Below are positions 1-10,341 of a DNA stretch of 64,000 nt, in pieces. The position numbers and the translations under genes are program-made. Each line of letters begins with the position of its first letter. Positions within the stretch are counted from its first letter, which is position 1. The stretch lies in contig JAPXRZ010000002.1 of NCBI GenBank assembly GCA_033813295.1, forward strand, positions 75,803 through 139,802, given 5' to 3'. Under the pieces are notes generated by a model. The model saw only the letters and a program-made list of their open reading frames with translations. It did no database searches and had not been told where the DNA came from. The DNA comes from Methanolinea sp. GTDB taxonomy: Archaea > Halobacteriota > Methanomicrobia > Methanomicrobiales > Methanospirillaceae.

Positions 1-292
1 CCGCAATGAATGATGGCCGGAAGACCGCGAGGAGGGCGACGATGATTCCCAGGACCGCGAGCAGGAGATACAACACCCCTGACCCCGCCGGGGAGCGCAG
101 CGCGCTGACAAGGGTGAGCACCGAGGCGATGGCAATGAAGACACCAAAGAGCAGGACCACCACGTCGACCGCGATGCCAGGCCATACCAGGACAAGGATC
201 CCAATGACAAGAGCGAGCAGGCCCCTGAGGGCGAGAGAACTCCACTTCACCGCCGCGGTGAAGGGGGCATAACCCGAATCAGTTTGTTCCAT
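1..292 (-). CDS. HdeD/DUF308-like small membrane protein (C-terminal part runs off the window)
   Basis: Absent from the ORF track because it is open at the window edge. My translation of the minus strand from ATG 292 reads MEQTDSGYAPFTAAVKWSSLALRGLLALVIGILVLVWPGIAVDVVVLLFGVFIAIASVLTLVSAL..., consecutive hydrophobic helices in the DUF308 pattern. Confidence 0.55.
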   Translation of the reverse strand, partial: MEQTDSGYAPFTAAVKWSSLALRGLLALVIGILVLVWPGIAVDVVVLLFGVFIAIASVLTLVSALRSPAGSGVLYLLLAVLGIIVALLAVFRPSFIA

Positions 293-535
293 AAAATCCT
301 CAGTCTATCTATCACGGCATCTTCCCACTTGAGCGTTGAGGTCCCATGCCAGGCGGTGATGGAGGGTGAGGCGCCGCTGCATGGGTTCATCGATATCTTC
401 CTGAAACGAGGGGAATTGGTTGATTGCCGGGTGAATTTCCGGTATATATCTCCAGCCTCAATACATCCTCATTTCTAGAAAATATTTAATATCTGGGCAC
501 CAAAGACCTGAGTTGGCATACTCCAGGGAGATTTC

Positions 536-1573
536 ATGACGGGGTGGCAGTACATTCTCCTACTCGCTGGCACGGCCCTTCTGGCATCCTCGATCCCGGC
601 CTCTGCAGGATTTATCCAGGTCACCAACGATACGTGCATCCAGAAGAATCCCGACGTCTCCGGGGACCGGGTGGTCTGGCAGGACCTCCGGAACGGGAAC
701 TGGGACATCTACCTCTATAATGCAACAGCTGGGGCCGAATACCTGCTTACCCCGAATGGTGCGGCCCAGGAGAACCCGAGGATCGACGGGGACCGGGTGG
801 TCTGGCAGGACCGGCGCAACGGGAACTGGGATGTCTACCTCCTCAACCTCACCACCGGGAACGAGACCCGGTTGACTGATAACCCGTCTTCACAGGAGAA
901 CCCGGCAATCTCAGGCGATCTCGTGGCCTGGCAGGACCGGCGCAGCGGGAACTGGAACATCTACTCGTATAACCTGACCACAGGCAACGAGACAGCAATT
1001 ACCTCCGATCCCTGCAACCAGGCCGCGCCTGCAGTCAGCCATGGCCACATCGTCTGGGAGGATACGCGGAACGGACATTACGATATCTGCATGTTCAACG
1101 CGACCAGCGGCAGGGAGGAGCGGATTACCGGCACCGCTTCCTGCCCTGCATCCAACCCCATGTACCCTGCTATCGATGGTGACCTGGTCGTCTGGCAGGA
1201 CGCCGGAGCATACGACCTGGACCTCTTTGTCTGGAACCTGACCGACAGCACCCTCGTCCAGATCACCGGTGCCGTCTCAACCCCGGACCTCCCCGAGCTC
1301 CACCCGGCCATCTCCGGCGACTGCGTCGTATGGCAGGACTTCCGCAACAACCAGTTTGATATCTACCTCTGCAACCTCACGACCGGCCTGATAGGCCGGG
1401 TGACCACGAGCCCGGCCAACCAGATGAACCCGGCCATCGACGGTGACCTGGTGGCCTGGCAGGACCTCCGGAACGGGAACTGGGATATCACCCTGGGGAA
1501 CCTGTCCACAATTTTCCCCCCGGAAGAGGAAGCAGGACTATCCGGGTCCAGCCCGGACCAGGGGCAGGAATAA
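536..1573 (+). CDS. secreted seven-bladed beta-propeller repeat protein (TolB/PD40-like blades)
   Basis: 345-aa ORF with a signal-like N-terminus (LLLAGTALLASSIPASAG). Seven ~47-aa repeats of the form GDxVVWQDxRNGNWDIYLxNLTTG...NPAI. Confidence 0.8.
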   Translation: MTGWQYILLLAGTALLASSIPASAGFIQVTNDTCIQKNPDVSGDRVVWQDLRNGNWDIYLYNATAGAEYLLTPNGAAQENPRIDGDRVVWQDRRNGNWDVYLLNLTTGNETRLTDNPSSQENPAISGDLVAWQDRRSGNWNIYSYNLTTGNETAITSDPCNQAAPAVSHGHIVWEDTRNGHYDICMFNATSGREERITGTASCPASNPMYPAIDGDLVVWQDAGAYDLDLFVWNLTDSTLVQITGAVSTPDLPELHPAISGDCVVWQDFRNNQFDIYLCNLTTGLIGRVTTSPANQMNPAIDGDLVAWQDLRNGNWDITLGNLSTIFPPEEEAGLSGSSPDQGQE

Positions 1574-1719
1574 AGGGAAATAGATCGAGCCGGCATTATA
1601 ATGTTCTGTTTTGCCGCAGACAAACCCGTTGATCCGTTTTTCACCCACTGAAAACCCCGTGGCGTGGCGTCAGGGAGCCCACCGGTGTGTTTATCCCCAG
1701 GGCCCGGCAATGCTCCGCC

Positions 1720-2460
1720 ATGGAGCCTGTGGGCCGCACCTTCATGGAGATGACGCGGTATGAACACCTCTCACCATCGGACCAGCACCGCGGCCTCCCT
1801 GCACCGCCTCTGGAAAAACCGTTCCCCCCGGACGGCCCGTTTGTCCACCTTCCTCTCCCCGGGGACATCGCTGTCCCTCCCCTGGACCTGCGGGATGCCA
1901 TCGAGCACCGGCGGTCCATCCGGCGCTACCGCCGGGACCCGCTCTCGCCGGGCGAACTGGCCTACCTCCTCTGGTGCACCCAGGGAGTTGTCCACGTGGT
2001 GGACCCGTACTTCTCGCTCCGCAACGTCCCTTCAGCCGGAGGGCGGCATGCCCTTGAGACCTATCTCCTGGTGAACCGGGTCCGGGGGGTGGAGCCGGGC
2101 CTCTACCGGTACCTGCCATTCTCCCACCGGCTCCTCCTCTTGAATAGCGGGCCAGACCTGGCCGACCGGGTCATGGCCGCCTGCATGGGCCAGGCATTCG
2201 TGCGGTCAGCGGCGGTCACCTTCCTCTGGTCCTGCGTCGCCTATAGAATGGGCTGGCGGTACAGCGACCGGGGTTACCGGTTTGCGCACCTCGACGCCGG
2301 GCACGTGGGCCAGAACCTCTACCTTGCTGCCGGGCAGATCGGCTGCGGGGCCTGCGGGGTGGGGGCCTTTGACGACCGCCTGGCAGCCGAACTGCTGGGA
2401 ATCGACGGGGAGGAGGAATTCGTCATCTACTGCGCCGCGGTGGGAAAACGCCTGGAATAA
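1720..2460 (+). CDS. SagB/ThcOx-type nitroreductase-fold dehydrogenase
   Basis: Motifs HRRSIRRY, PSAGGRHALETY and HLDAGHVGQNLYLAA. The track ORF starts at GTG 1687; ATG 1720 (MEPVGRTFMEMTRYEHL) fits the family N-terminus better. Start uncertain. Confidence 0.8.
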   Translation: MEPVGRTFMEMTRYEHLSPSDQHRGLPAPPLEKPFPPDGPFVHLPLPGDIAVPPLDLRDAIEHRRSIRRYRRDPLSPGELAYLLWCTQGVVHVVDPYFSLRNVPSAGGRHALETYLLVNRVRGVEPGLYRYLPFSHRLLLLNSGPDLADRVMAACMGQAFVRSAAVTFLWSCVAYRMGWRYSDRGYRFAHLDAGHVGQNLYLAAGQIGCGACGVGAFDDRLAAELLGIDGEEEFVIYCAAVGKRLE

Positions 2461-2516
2461 TTGCGGGGGCCTGGGCAACCACGGCTTGATATACGGGGGT
2501 GCACAAGGTCTCTGGT

Positions 2517-3014
2517 ATGACCAGAGAGACCGGCACCGATCCGCTCATCGGAAAGCCTGCGCCGCCCTTCTGCCTGCCAGACGCCGGCGGGGCAGAGCAC
2601 TGCCTGGAGGCTTCCAGGGGCAAATGGGTGGTGCTGTACTTCTATCCGCGGGATAACACTCCGGGCTGCACCCTGGAAGCCCTCTCGTTCAATGCCGCCC
2701 TCCAGGAGTTCGCCGATATGGGGGCCGTGGTGATCGGAGTAAGTGCAGACACCCCCGAGAGCCACCGAAAGTTTGTAGAAAAATACAGCCTCTCGATCCT
2801 CCTCCTATCCGATACCGCTCACGCTGTGCTCAATGCCTACCAGGTGTGGAAACCAAAGAAGATCATGGGTAAGGAGTTCCTGGGGACCGAGCGGAGCACA
2901 TTCCTGATAAACCCCGGGGGCACCATCGTCCAGGCATGGCGCAAGGTATCGGTGAAGGGCCACGCCGATGCGGTGAAGAAGGCGCTCCTGGAACATATGG
3001 GCAGGGCAGGCTGA
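2517..3014 (+). CDS. bcp: thioredoxin-dependent peroxiredoxin (Bcp type)
   Basis: Motifs KWVVLYFYPRDNTPGCTLEA (peroxidatic Cys), GVSADTPESHRKF and RSTFLI. Track start is GTG 2499; ATG 2517 preferred. Confidence 0.9.
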   Translation: MTRETGTDPLIGKPAPPFCLPDAGGAEHCLEASRGKWVVLYFYPRDNTPGCTLEALSFNAALQEFADMGAVVIGVSADTPESHRKFVEKYSLSILLLSDTAHAVLNAYQVWKPKKIMGKEFLGTERSTFLINPGGTIVQAWRKVSVKGHADAVKKALLEHMGRAG

Positions 3015-3096
3015 CCAGAATCCCTCCCGCCGGCCAAAAAGCGGCCATGATGAGGCAGCCGTGAGGATCCCTGGCATCCAGGGGCAGCCCGCCATC

Positions 3097-3774
3097 TTAA
3101 TCCTTTTTCCCGAGGAAAACACAGAACACCCGGTTCTTGTACACCACGTCCACCCCGGAGAACCCGGCCTCCCGCAGCCAGGAGAGCTGGTCAAAGAGCA
3201 GGGCATTGCGGTCCAGCGTGTCCCGTCGGTGGAGAACCCGCGCCCGCTCCTCTTCGGGGAGGGGCCCGGAGCGGACGAAGTCATCCCAGTATTCCAGGTT
3301 CATTTGCCGCAGCCAGGCTGACTCAGCGTCGGCCTGGTCTGAGTTCACGAAGAGACCGCCAGGGTTCAGCGCATGGTAGATCCTCTGGTACAAACGGCGC
3401 TTGTCCTCGTGGGGCAGGTGGTGGATTGAGAGGGCAGAACAGATGAGGTCGTACGTGCCCGGGAGCTCCTCCCGGCTGTAGTCTGCAACGACATACCGTA
3501 CCTGTTCCATCCCAGCGAACCGCTTCTCCGCGACCTCGAGCATGCTTTCGGAGATGTCAAGGAGGGTGAGCCGGGCCCTGGGGTAACGCTGCAGGATGAG
3601 CCCGGACAGCAAGCCGGTGCCGGCACCGATGTCGAGGACTGCCGGGCACTCCCCCGGCCATGCTGCTGCCCAGACCGCTGCCCCGTAAAACGCATCCATT
3701 TCCGGGATGATCCACCGGCGCTGGCCGTCGTACTCCGGGGCGATTGCATTGAAAGATCTTCGGATAGAGTCCAT
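3097..3774 (-). CDS. class I SAM-dependent methyltransferase
   Basis: SAM-binding motif VLDIGAGTGLLS, then LLDISESML and LNPGGLFV. Confidence 0.85.
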   Translation of the reverse strand: MDSIRRSFNAIAPEYDGQRRWIIPEMDAFYGAAVWAAAWPGECPAVLDIGAGTGLLSGLILQRYPRARLTLLDISESMLEVAEKRFAGMEQVRYVVADYSREELPGTYDLICSALSIHHLPHEDKRRLYQRIYHALNPGGLFVNSDQADAESAWLRQMNLEYWDDFVRSGPLPEEERARVLHRRDTLDRNALLFDQLSWLREAGFSGVDVVYKNRVFCVFLGKKD

Positions 3775-3902
3775 ACCGGTTTGTCAGAAAAAGTGGAGCC
3801 TGCGAGGGCATAAGGCCCTTCATTACCGGCACGCCCGCGAGGTACTCTGCCCTTCCATCTCTCAACAGTATGGATCCCGGAGGCCAGTCGCCAGCCATCC
3901 CC

Positions 3903-4715
3903 TTATAATCGGGTTGGTGAAACGAGGCCGGCTTCCGGTTTCAGCCGCTGGACCTTCTGCCGCACGGCAGCAGCCATTCCCGTGCGGTCTTCCAGGTGTG
4001 CCCCGATCTCCCGCACCAGCGCGGAACCAACGATTACCCCGTCTGCCCCGGCATCCGCACAGGCCATGACCTGTGCCGGGGTGGAGATCCCGAACCCGGG
4101 GACCACGGGGAGATCGGTCATCCGCCGAAGCTTCCGGATACAGTCCAGGGCCGCCGGGTCAAGCGTTTCGCGGACCCCCGTGACCCCCATCGCTGCCACC
4201 ACGTATACGAATCCTCCGGCCAGGTCCAGGATCCTCTTCATGCGGGGAACCGACGTGGTCTGGCTGACAAAGAGGACCGGGTCGATCCCCGCTTCGCGTG
4301 CAGCCGTGCAGAAAGGCTCCGCCTCCTCGAGGGGCACGTCTGCAATGGCCACCGCATCCGCCCCCGCAAGGGCTGCCTCGCGGTAGAAAGAACGGATCCC
4401 ACGCTGCACTACCAGGTTGGCATAGGTGAGGACCACGAGAGGGATACCTGTCAGCTCCCTGACCTCGCGCACCAGCGAGAAGAACCGGTCGGTATTCATC
4501 CCTGAGGCGAGCGCTCTCGCCCCCGCCTCCTGGATAACCGGGCCGTCCGCCACCGGGTCCGAGAACGGCATCACCAGTTCGACCATGTCTGCACCGGCAT
4601 CGGCCATTTCCCGTATAATCCTTATGCTCGTGCGATAATCCGGGTCGCCGGCCACCGTGCAGGTCACAAGGAGGGGGGCAGGCCTGGCGGCAAACGCTTC
4701 CCCGATGCGGGTCAT
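3903..4715 (-). CDS. trpA: tryptophan synthase alpha chain
   Basis: Motifs [14 protein letters not shown] and VPGFGIS. Last gene of the operon; its ATG overlaps the trpB stop (ATGA at 4712-4715). Confidence 0.95.
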   Translation of the reverse strand: MTRIGEAFAARPAPLLVTCTVAGDPDYRTSIRIIREMADAGADMVELVMPFSDPVADGPVIQEAGARALASGMNTDRFFSLVREVRELTGIPLVVLTYANLVVQRGIRSFYREAALAGADAVAIADVPLEEAEPFCTAAREAGIDPVLFVSQTTSVPRMKRILDLAGGFVYVVAAMGVTGVRETLDPAALDCIRKLRRMTDLPVVPGFGISTPAQVMACADAGADGVIVGSALVREIGAHLEDRTGMAAAVRQKVQRLKPEAGLVSPTRL

Positions 4716-5884
4716 GGGCTGCCCTCCATCATCCCGGCCACCTGCGCCACGTCCTTGTCCCCCCGGCCCGAGAGGTTGATCACCAGAACGCCTTCCCGCC
4801 CCAGGCCGGCCGAGATTTTCCGGGCCAGGGCAACGGCATGGGCCGACTCCAGGGCAGGGAGGATCCCTTCCCTCCGGGAGAGGTAGAGGAACGAATCGAT
4901 AGCCTCGGTATCGGTCACTGCCTCATACGTGACCCTGCCGCTGTCTTTTAAGAAACTGTGCTCGGGCCCCACGCCGGGGTAGTCCAGCCCGGCGGAGACG
5001 CTGTGCGACTCCAGTACCTGCCCGAAGGCGTCCTGGAGGAGGTAGCTGTAGGTGCCGTGGAGCACCCCCGGCCTGCCGCCGCACAGGGTTGCGCCGTGCC
5101 GGGCATCCAGGCCCTCTCCCCCTGCCTCGGCCCCGTAGAGGGCCACATCATCGGCAAGGAACGGGGTGAACATGCCGATGGCATTGGACCCGCCCCCCAC
5201 ACATGCCACGATGGCATCCGGGAGCCTTTCCTCCTTCTCCAGCACCTGCTTCCGGGTTTCTATCCCTATGACGGTCTGGAAGTCCCGAACTATCGCGGGG
5301 AACGGGTGCGGGCCGACCACCGATCCGATGAGGTAGTGCGTGGTCTGCACGTTGGCTACCCAGTCGCGGAGCGCCTCGTTGATGGCGTCCTTCAGCGTCC
5401 TCGAACCCGAGTGGACAGGGACCACCCGGGCGCCCAGCATGTGCATGCGGGCGACGTTTAAGGCCTGCCTCGCCATGTCCTCCTCCCCCATGAAGACCTC
5501 GACCTCCAGGCCCAGGACCGCCCCGGCTATGGCGGTGGCAACGCCGTGCTGGCCGGCACCGGTCTCGGCGATGAGCCGGGTCTTGCCCATGCGGCGGGCG
5601 AGGAGCGCCTGGCCGAGGGCGTTGTTTAACTTGTGGGCGCCGGAATGGAGCAGGTCCTCACGCTTCAGGTATACCCTGCAAGCCAGGTCCCCGGACAGGT
5701 TCCGGCAGAAGGTGAGCGGCGTCTCCCTCCCTGCATATTCCCTGAGGTAGAAATCCATCTCATCCCTGAAGGCCGCACCAGGTACGACGGTCCTGTAGGC
5801 CTCCTCGAGCTCCTCGAGCGCTGCCATGAGGGTCTCGGGGACAAACTGCCCTCCGTACGGCCCGAAACGCGCCGCAGCCTTCAT
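4712..5884 (-). CDS. trpB: tryptophan synthase beta chain
   Basis: PLP-lysine region [13 protein letters not shown], plus GGGSNAIG and [12 protein letters not shown] overlap with the trpF stop. Confidence 0.95.
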   Translation of the reverse strand: MKAAARFGPYGGQFVPETLMAALEELEEAYRTVVPGAAFRDEMDFYLREYAGRETPLTFCRNLSGDLACRVYLKREDLLHSGAHKLNNALGQALLARRMGKTRLIAETGAGQHGVATAIAGAVLGLEVEVFMGEEDMARQALNVARMHMLGARVVPVHSGSRTLKDAINEALRDWVANVQTTHYLIGSVVGPHPFPAIVRDFQTVIGIETRKQVLEKEERLPDAIVACVGGGSNAIGMFTPFLADDVALYGAEAGGEGLDARHGATLCGGRPGVLHGTYSYLLQDAFGQVLESHSVSAGLDYPGVGPEHSFLKDSGRVTYEAVTDTEAIDSFLYLSRREGILPALESAHAVALARKISAGLGREGVLVINLSGRGDKDVAQVAGMMEGSP

Positions 5885-6453
5885 GGCATCGCCCTCCTGG
5901 CATTCCGTATGAAGTCATGCACCTTCCGGGGATCCTTCCTCCCGCCCGGGCCTTCTACCCCGGTGGCCACGTCCACGGCATACGGGTGCACCGCGGAAAT
6001 GGCCCCTGCCACGTTTTCCGGGGTCAGCCCGCCGGCCAGGATCACCGGGACCCGGGAGGACCGGACCACCCCGGCTGCGAACTCCCGGTCATAGAGCCGC
6101 CCGCTCCCGTGGCTCGCGTCCACCGTGACCGCATCCGCATCCTTCGGGAGCGGGTCTCCCGGGGCTACAGCCCGGATCACCTTGACGGGGGCATGTAAAG
6201 GGAGACGGAGCGGTGCAAAGAGCTGGACTGCACCGGGCTGCAGGGTGAGCATCGACTCCAGGTCATCCGGTGAACGGGTATGGGAGACGCAGACCCGGGT
6301 GATGAACGGACCGGTGGCCGCAAAGATAGCCGACGCCTCCTCCATGCTGACGCACCGGGGAGAATCCGAGAAGAGCACCACGCCGACGGCGTCTGCTCCC
6401 AGATCCTCGGCGAGACGTGCGTCTTCCGGGCTCGTAATCCCGCAGATTTTCAC
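5881..6453 (-). CDS. trpF: phosphoribosylanthranilate isomerase
   Basis: Motifs [25 protein letters not shown] and [11 protein letters not shown]. The track ORF extends to 6564, inside trpC. I place the start at GTG 6453, which overlaps the trpC TGA (GTGA). Confidence 0.85.
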   Translation of the reverse strand: MKICGITSPEDARLAEDLGADAVGVVLFSDSPRCVSMEEASAIFAATGPFITRVCVSHTRSPDDLESMLTLQPGAVQLFAPLRLPLHAPVKVIRAVAPGDPLPKDADAVTVDASHGSGRLYDREFAAGVVRSSRVPVILAGGLTPENVAGAISAVHPYAVDVATGVEGPGGRKDPRKVHDFIRNARRAMP

Positions 6454-7208
6454 GCGAATACAAATCCCTCCAGTCTGCGCACCGGGTCGGGAGAACCCAT
6501 GATGGCCGAACCGATCAGGAATCCCTGGGCGTGCCTCCGCAGGGCCTTCACGTCGCTTGGCCACGTGATCCCGCTCTCGGCGATGACCATGGCCCCGCCC
6601 TCCCGGGCGAGGGGTGCCAGCCGGAGGGTGGTGGAGAGGTCGGTCCGGAATGTGCGCAGGTCCCGGTTATTGACCCCGATCAGCCCTGCACCGCAGTCCA
6701 GGGCGTTTTTCACCTCGTCCCGGGTATGGACCTCGACCAGGGACTCGAGGCCGAACCGCTGGCCTGTGTCGAGGAATTCCTCCAGCCGCTCACCCAGCAC
6801 TGCCGTGATGAGGAGCACGGCATCTGCCCCGAGATCCCGGCTCTCTGCAAGCTGGCGCTCATCAATGATGAAGTCCTTGCGGAGCACCGGCACCGGCACC
6901 CGGCCCCTGACGAGGCCCAGGTATTCTGTACTTCCCCGGAAGAAATACGGCTCGGTCAGGACCGAGAGGGCGCAGGCCCCCGCTGAGGCGAACGCGGCGG
7001 CAAGGCCCGCGGGATCGCTCCCTTCACGGATCCGGCCCCGGGAGGGGGAGGCGAACTTTATCTCCGCAATGACGGCGTTCTTTTCTCTGCTGTCCTCCAC
7101 TGCCTGCACCAGGCTCCTCCGGTCACCGTGCGGGGCGCCCGCAGCCGGGAGTTCGGGCAGCCCTGCGACCCGGGCCGCGGTGGCCTCCACGATGTTATCG
7201 AGGATCAT
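6450..7208 (-). CDS. trpC: indole-3-glycerol-phosphate synthase
   Basis: Motifs EIKFASPSRG, VLRKDFIID and IGVNNRDL. Start trimmed to ATG 7208 (MILDNIVEA), overlapping the trpD 3' end by 14 nt. Confidence 0.9.
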   Translation of the reverse strand: MILDNIVEATAARVAGLPELPAAGAPHGDRRSLVQAVEDSREKNAVIAEIKFASPSRGRIREGSDPAGLAAAFASAGACALSVLTEPYFFRGSTEYLGLVRGRVPVPVLRKDFIIDERQLAESRDLGADAVLLITAVLGERLEEFLDTGQRFGLESLVEVHTRDEVKNALDCGAGLIGVNNRDLRTFRTDLSTTLRLAPLAREGGAMVIAESGITWPSDVKALRRHAQGFLIGSAIMGSPDPVRRLEGFVFA

Positions 7209-8217
7209 GCGATCCCCCCGAGCGGGTTGCGAGGACCTGAAGTTTCCGCTGGGCCGCCCCGGAATCGATTGCCTCCACAGCCTTGAACATACCCCCGGAC
7301 AGGGTGTCCGCCACACCGCCGAGGTAGATGGCCGCCCCGGCGTTCATCACCACCACGTCCCGGGCCGGCCCTTCCTCCCCGGAGAGCACACCCCTGATGA
7401 TGGCGGCATTCTCCTCCGGCCCTTTCCCGGCGAGTGCCGACCGCGGTGCGCGCGCGATGCCGAAGCGCTCGGGTGCCAGCGAATACTGGCGGATCCTCCC
7501 CTGGGACAGCTCTCCCACGAAGGTGCTCCCAGAGACGGTTATCTCGTCGAGCCCGTCCCCGTGAACAACCATGGCGCGTTCGGCCCCGAGGGCCCGCAGG
7601 GCCTCTGCGACCCTCTGGATGAGGGCAGGGGAATAAACCCCGCAGAGGCGGGCCTGGGCACCTGCCGGGTTGAGGAGTGGGCCGAGCAGGTTGAAGACCG
7701 TGGAGAAGCCCAGGTCGCGCCTCACACGGGCCGCGTGGAGGAGGGCCGGGTGGAACCGGGGGGCGAAGAGGAACCCGATCCCGATCTCCTCGACCATGGA
7801 CGTAACGTCATCGGGGAGGAGGTCTACCCGCACCCCGAGGGCTTCCAAAACGTCTGCAGAACCGCAGGCGCTGCTCACCCTGCGGTTGCCGTGCTTCACT
7901 ACCGGGACTCCCGCCCCTGCGGCCACCAGGGCCGCGGCGGTGCTGATATTGAAGGTCCGGGCCCCGTCTCCCCCGGTCCCGCAGGTATCCACGAGGGTCC
8001 CCATGACACGGGGCGCTATCATGCAGGCGTGCCTTCTGAGGACATCACCGAAGGCGGCGATCTCTTCCGCCGTCTCGCCCTTGAGCTTCAGTGCGGCGAG
8101 GAATGCCCCCATCTGCGCATCTGTCACGGAGCCCGAAGCGATCTCCTCCATGGCGGAAGCGGCATCTTCGGGGGAGAGGTCCATCCCGGCGGCCACCCGG
8201 GCCAGCTGCGCCTGCAT
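7195..8217 (-). CDS. trpD: anthranilate phosphoribosyltransferase
   Basis: Motifs DTCGTGGDG and FNISTAAALVAAGAGVPVVKHGNR. Abuts the trpG stop with no gap. Confidence 0.95.
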   Translation of the reverse strand: MQAQLARVAAGMDLSPEDAASAMEEIASGSVTDAQMGAFLAALKLKGETAEEIAAFGDVLRRHACMIAPRVMGTLVDTCGTGGDGARTFNISTAAALVAAGAGVPVVKHGNRRVSSACGSADVLEALGVRVDLLPDDVTSMVEEIGIGFLFAPRFHPALLHAARVRRDLGFSTVFNLLGPLLNPAGAQARLCGVYSPALIQRVAEALRALGAERAMVVHGDGLDEITVSGSTFVGELSQGRIRQYSLAPERFGIARAPRSALAGKGPEENAAIIRGVLSGEEGPARDVVVMNAGAAIYLGGVADTLSGGMFKAVEAIDSGAAQRKLQVLATRSGGSHDPR

Positions 8218-8793
8218 TCAGGCACCCCCTGTGGCCAGGAAATTGGCCATCAGGAGCCGTCCGGCCGTGGTCATGATGCTCTCGGGATGGAACTGGACCC
8301 CGGTGACAGCCATCTCCCGGTGGGCGATGCCCATCACGCACCCATCCTGCTCGGAGTGCGCCAGGGTCTCGAACTCCCCGGGCACATTGCTCCCCCTGAC
8401 TTCCAGGGAGTGGTACCGCGTGGCGGTAAATGGGCTGGGCAGTCCGGAGAATACTCTTTTTCCTGAATGCACCACGCTGGAGACCTTGCCATGCACCGGC
8501 TCCCGCATGCGGCTGACCCGGCCGCCGAAGGCATGGACGATGGTCTGGTGCCCGAGGCAGACCCCCAGGATGGGGACGCTCCCCGCAAACTCGGCGATCA
8601 CCTCACTGCAGACCCCGGATTCCTCCGGGGTGCCGGGCCCGGGCGAGAGGATGATCCGTCCGGGCCTGGCCTCCCGCACCCGTGACAGGGGGACATCGCA
8701 CGTCAGGGGGACCGGAATGGCCCCCAGGCTCCCCACCTGCTGGTACAGGTTGTAGGTGAAGCTGTCAAAGCAGTCGATGATTGCCACTCTCAT
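8218..8793 (-). CDS. trpG: anthranilate synthase component II (glutamine amidotransferase)
   Basis: Motifs MRVAIIDCFDSFTYNL, ILGVCLGHQ (catalytic Cys) and FHPES. Start ATG 8793 overlaps the trpE TGA (ATGA). The track N-terminal extension is rejected. Confidence 0.9.
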   Translation of the reverse strand: MRVAIIDCFDSFTYNLYQQVGSLGAIPVPLTCDVPLSRVREARPGRIILSPGPGTPEESGVCSEVIAEFAGSVPILGVCLGHQTIVHAFGGRVSRMREPVHGKVSSVVHSGKRVFSGLPSPFTATRYHSLEVRGSNVPGEFETLAHSEQDGCVMGIAHREMAVTGVQFHPESIMTTAGRLLMANFLATGGA

Positions 8794-10334
8794 GGGTTTC
8801 TGCCCCCCTGCGCGACTGCCTGGACCATGGCGCGGGCCTTGTGCCCGGTTTCTTCCCATTCCCGCTCCGGGACTGAATCGGCCACGATCCCGGCCCCGGT
8901 GGAGAACTCGGCCAACCCCCCGCTCACCCGCAGGGTGCGGATCGCGATGGCGAACTCCAGGCACTCGTTGAACCCCACGTACCCCACCGCCCCGGCATAC
9001 AGCCCACGGGGGCGGGGCTCCAGTTCGGCGATTATCTGCATGGCCCGGATCTTGGGGGCGCCGCTGACCGTCCCTGCCGGGAAACAGGCTGCAAGGGCAT
9101 CGAACCGGTCGCGGTCCCCGGCCATGACCCCGGAGACCCGGGAGACCAGGTGCTGGACATGGGAGAACTGCTCCACCTCCATGAACTCGGGCACCTCGAC
9201 CGAGCCGAAGGCCGATACCCGGCCGATATCGTTTCTTGCCAGGTCGACCAGCATCAGGTGCTCGGCCTTCTCTTTTTCGTCCCCCAGGAGGTCCTGCGCG
9301 AGCCGGGCGTCTTCCACCGGGTCTTTCCCCCTTGGCCGTGTCCCGGCAATAGGGACGGTCTGGACCTTGCGCTCCTCGACCCGCACCAGCATCTCGGGGC
9401 TCGAACCGATGATCGCCTCGTCGTCGAACCCAAGGTAATAGAGGTAGGGCGAAGGATTGATCCTCCTGATCGCCCTGTATATCGCCAGGGGATCGCCTGT
9501 GCAGGGGCAGGTAACCTCCCGGGAGAGGACTACCTGGAAGATATCACCCGCCCGGATGTGGTCCTTGGCCCGCCGGACCGCTTCCATGAACTCGTCCCTG
9601 CTCACCGAGGTGCTGGCCGGTGAATATTCCTCATTCTCTCCAGCCGGGCCGGGAGCAGGCCCATGATCCTCCGGCCCCGGGGCTATCTCCTGTATCCTTG
9701 CAGAGAGACTCCCCAGGCGTTCCCGGGCTTTGGCCCGCTCCTCGTCCGGGTCATCCCCAGGCAGGAGGACCAGGTCATCATACAGGAGGCATGCGCCCGA
9801 AACATGGTTGTAGACCACTCCCCGCGTGGAGAGCATGAACCTGGCGAGGGGGCCTTTCTTCCTCCCGGCCTGCACCATGCCATTGGTGAGCCCTGTCACC
9901 ATGTCGTAGGTGCAGTAACCAACCAGGCCCCCGAGGAAGGTGTGGCCGGGGACGCCCCGGCAGGAGAGCCGCCCCGCGATTTCGCGCAACTGGGCAACCG
10001 GTGACCCGGTCACCTCCCCCAGGAAATCGGCCAGGCCTGGCCTCCCTGTGCAGGAGAGTTCCCCGTCCATGGAGAGGACCAGCGCGGGCTCGAGGCCGAT
10101 GATGGACCGGACAGCCCTCCGGGGCATCCCCTCCATGGACTCGAGGAGGAATCCTTCATCGATACCCAGGGCAGAGAAAAGGGTATAGGGGTCCGCCGCA
10201 GGGATGGGGACGTTCAGCGTGACCGGGACGAGGCCACCCCGTCCGTGTCCAAACGTGTATCCAGTAGGTGTGCGAGGTGCCGTCCGGGAGACGGCGAGAT
10301 CCAGTCCAGCGGCATCACCTGGACATGACTGCAC
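8790..10334 (-). CDS. trpE: anthranilate synthase component I
   Basis: Motifs IFQVVLSR, SPEMLV, IAGTRPRG, MLVDLARND, GAPKIRAMQII and RGLYAGAVGY. Start uncertain. GTG 10334 lies just downstream of the TATA-like element; ATG 10358 lies inside the operator/TATA region; track start 10460 is unlikely. Confidence 0.9.
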   Translation of the reverse strand: MQSCPGDAAGLDLAVSRTAPRTPTGYTFGHGRGGLVPVTLNVPIPAADPYTLFSALGIDEGFLLESMEGMPRRAVRSIIGLEPALVLSMDGELSCTGRPGLADFLGEVTGSPVAQLREIAGRLSCRGVPGHTFLGGLVGYCTYDMVTGLTNGMVQAGRKKGPLARFMLSTRGVVYNHVSGACLLYDDLVLLPGDDPDEERAKARERLGSLSARIQEIAPGPEDHGPAPGPAGENEEYSPASTSVSRDEFMEAVRRAKDHIRAGDIFQVVLSREVTCPCTGDPLAIYRAIRRINPSPYLYYLGFDDEAIIGSSPEMLVRVEERKVQTVPIAGTRPRGKDPVEDARLAQDLLGDEKEKAEHLMLVDLARNDIGRVSAFGSVEVPEFMEVEQFSHVQHLVSRVSGVMAGDRDRFDALAACFPAGTVSGAPKIRAMQIIAELEPRPRGLYAGAVGYVGFNECLEFAIAIRTLRVSGGLAEFSTGAGIVADSVPEREWEETGHKARAMVQAVAQGGRNP

Positions 10335-10341
10335 TTTTTCA

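Noticed and set aside
6280-8466. A 728-aa plus-strand ORF, and similar long ORFs at 19038-19985, 22070-23044, 23221-24135, 26362-27312, 46792-48030, 49333-50421, 53043-54416 and 55263-56630.
   Set aside because: All lie antisense to genes with unmistakable family motifs. They are Arg/Pro/Gly/Ser-rich low-complexity translations typical of shadow ORFs in high-GC DNA, and none shows a recognisable domain.
8794-8964. Long N-terminal extensions in the ORF track. Examples are trpG to 8964, trpC to 7316, trpF to 6564, corA to 30173, EamA to 43061, the Trm112-like gene to 55363, cdc6 to 59777 and the MBL hydrolase from 39796.
   Set aside because: The extensions overlap the preceding gene, have Arg/Pro-rich non-protein-like composition, and start before the conserved family N-terminus. 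Shorter starts give ATGA/GTGA coupling or follow an SD.
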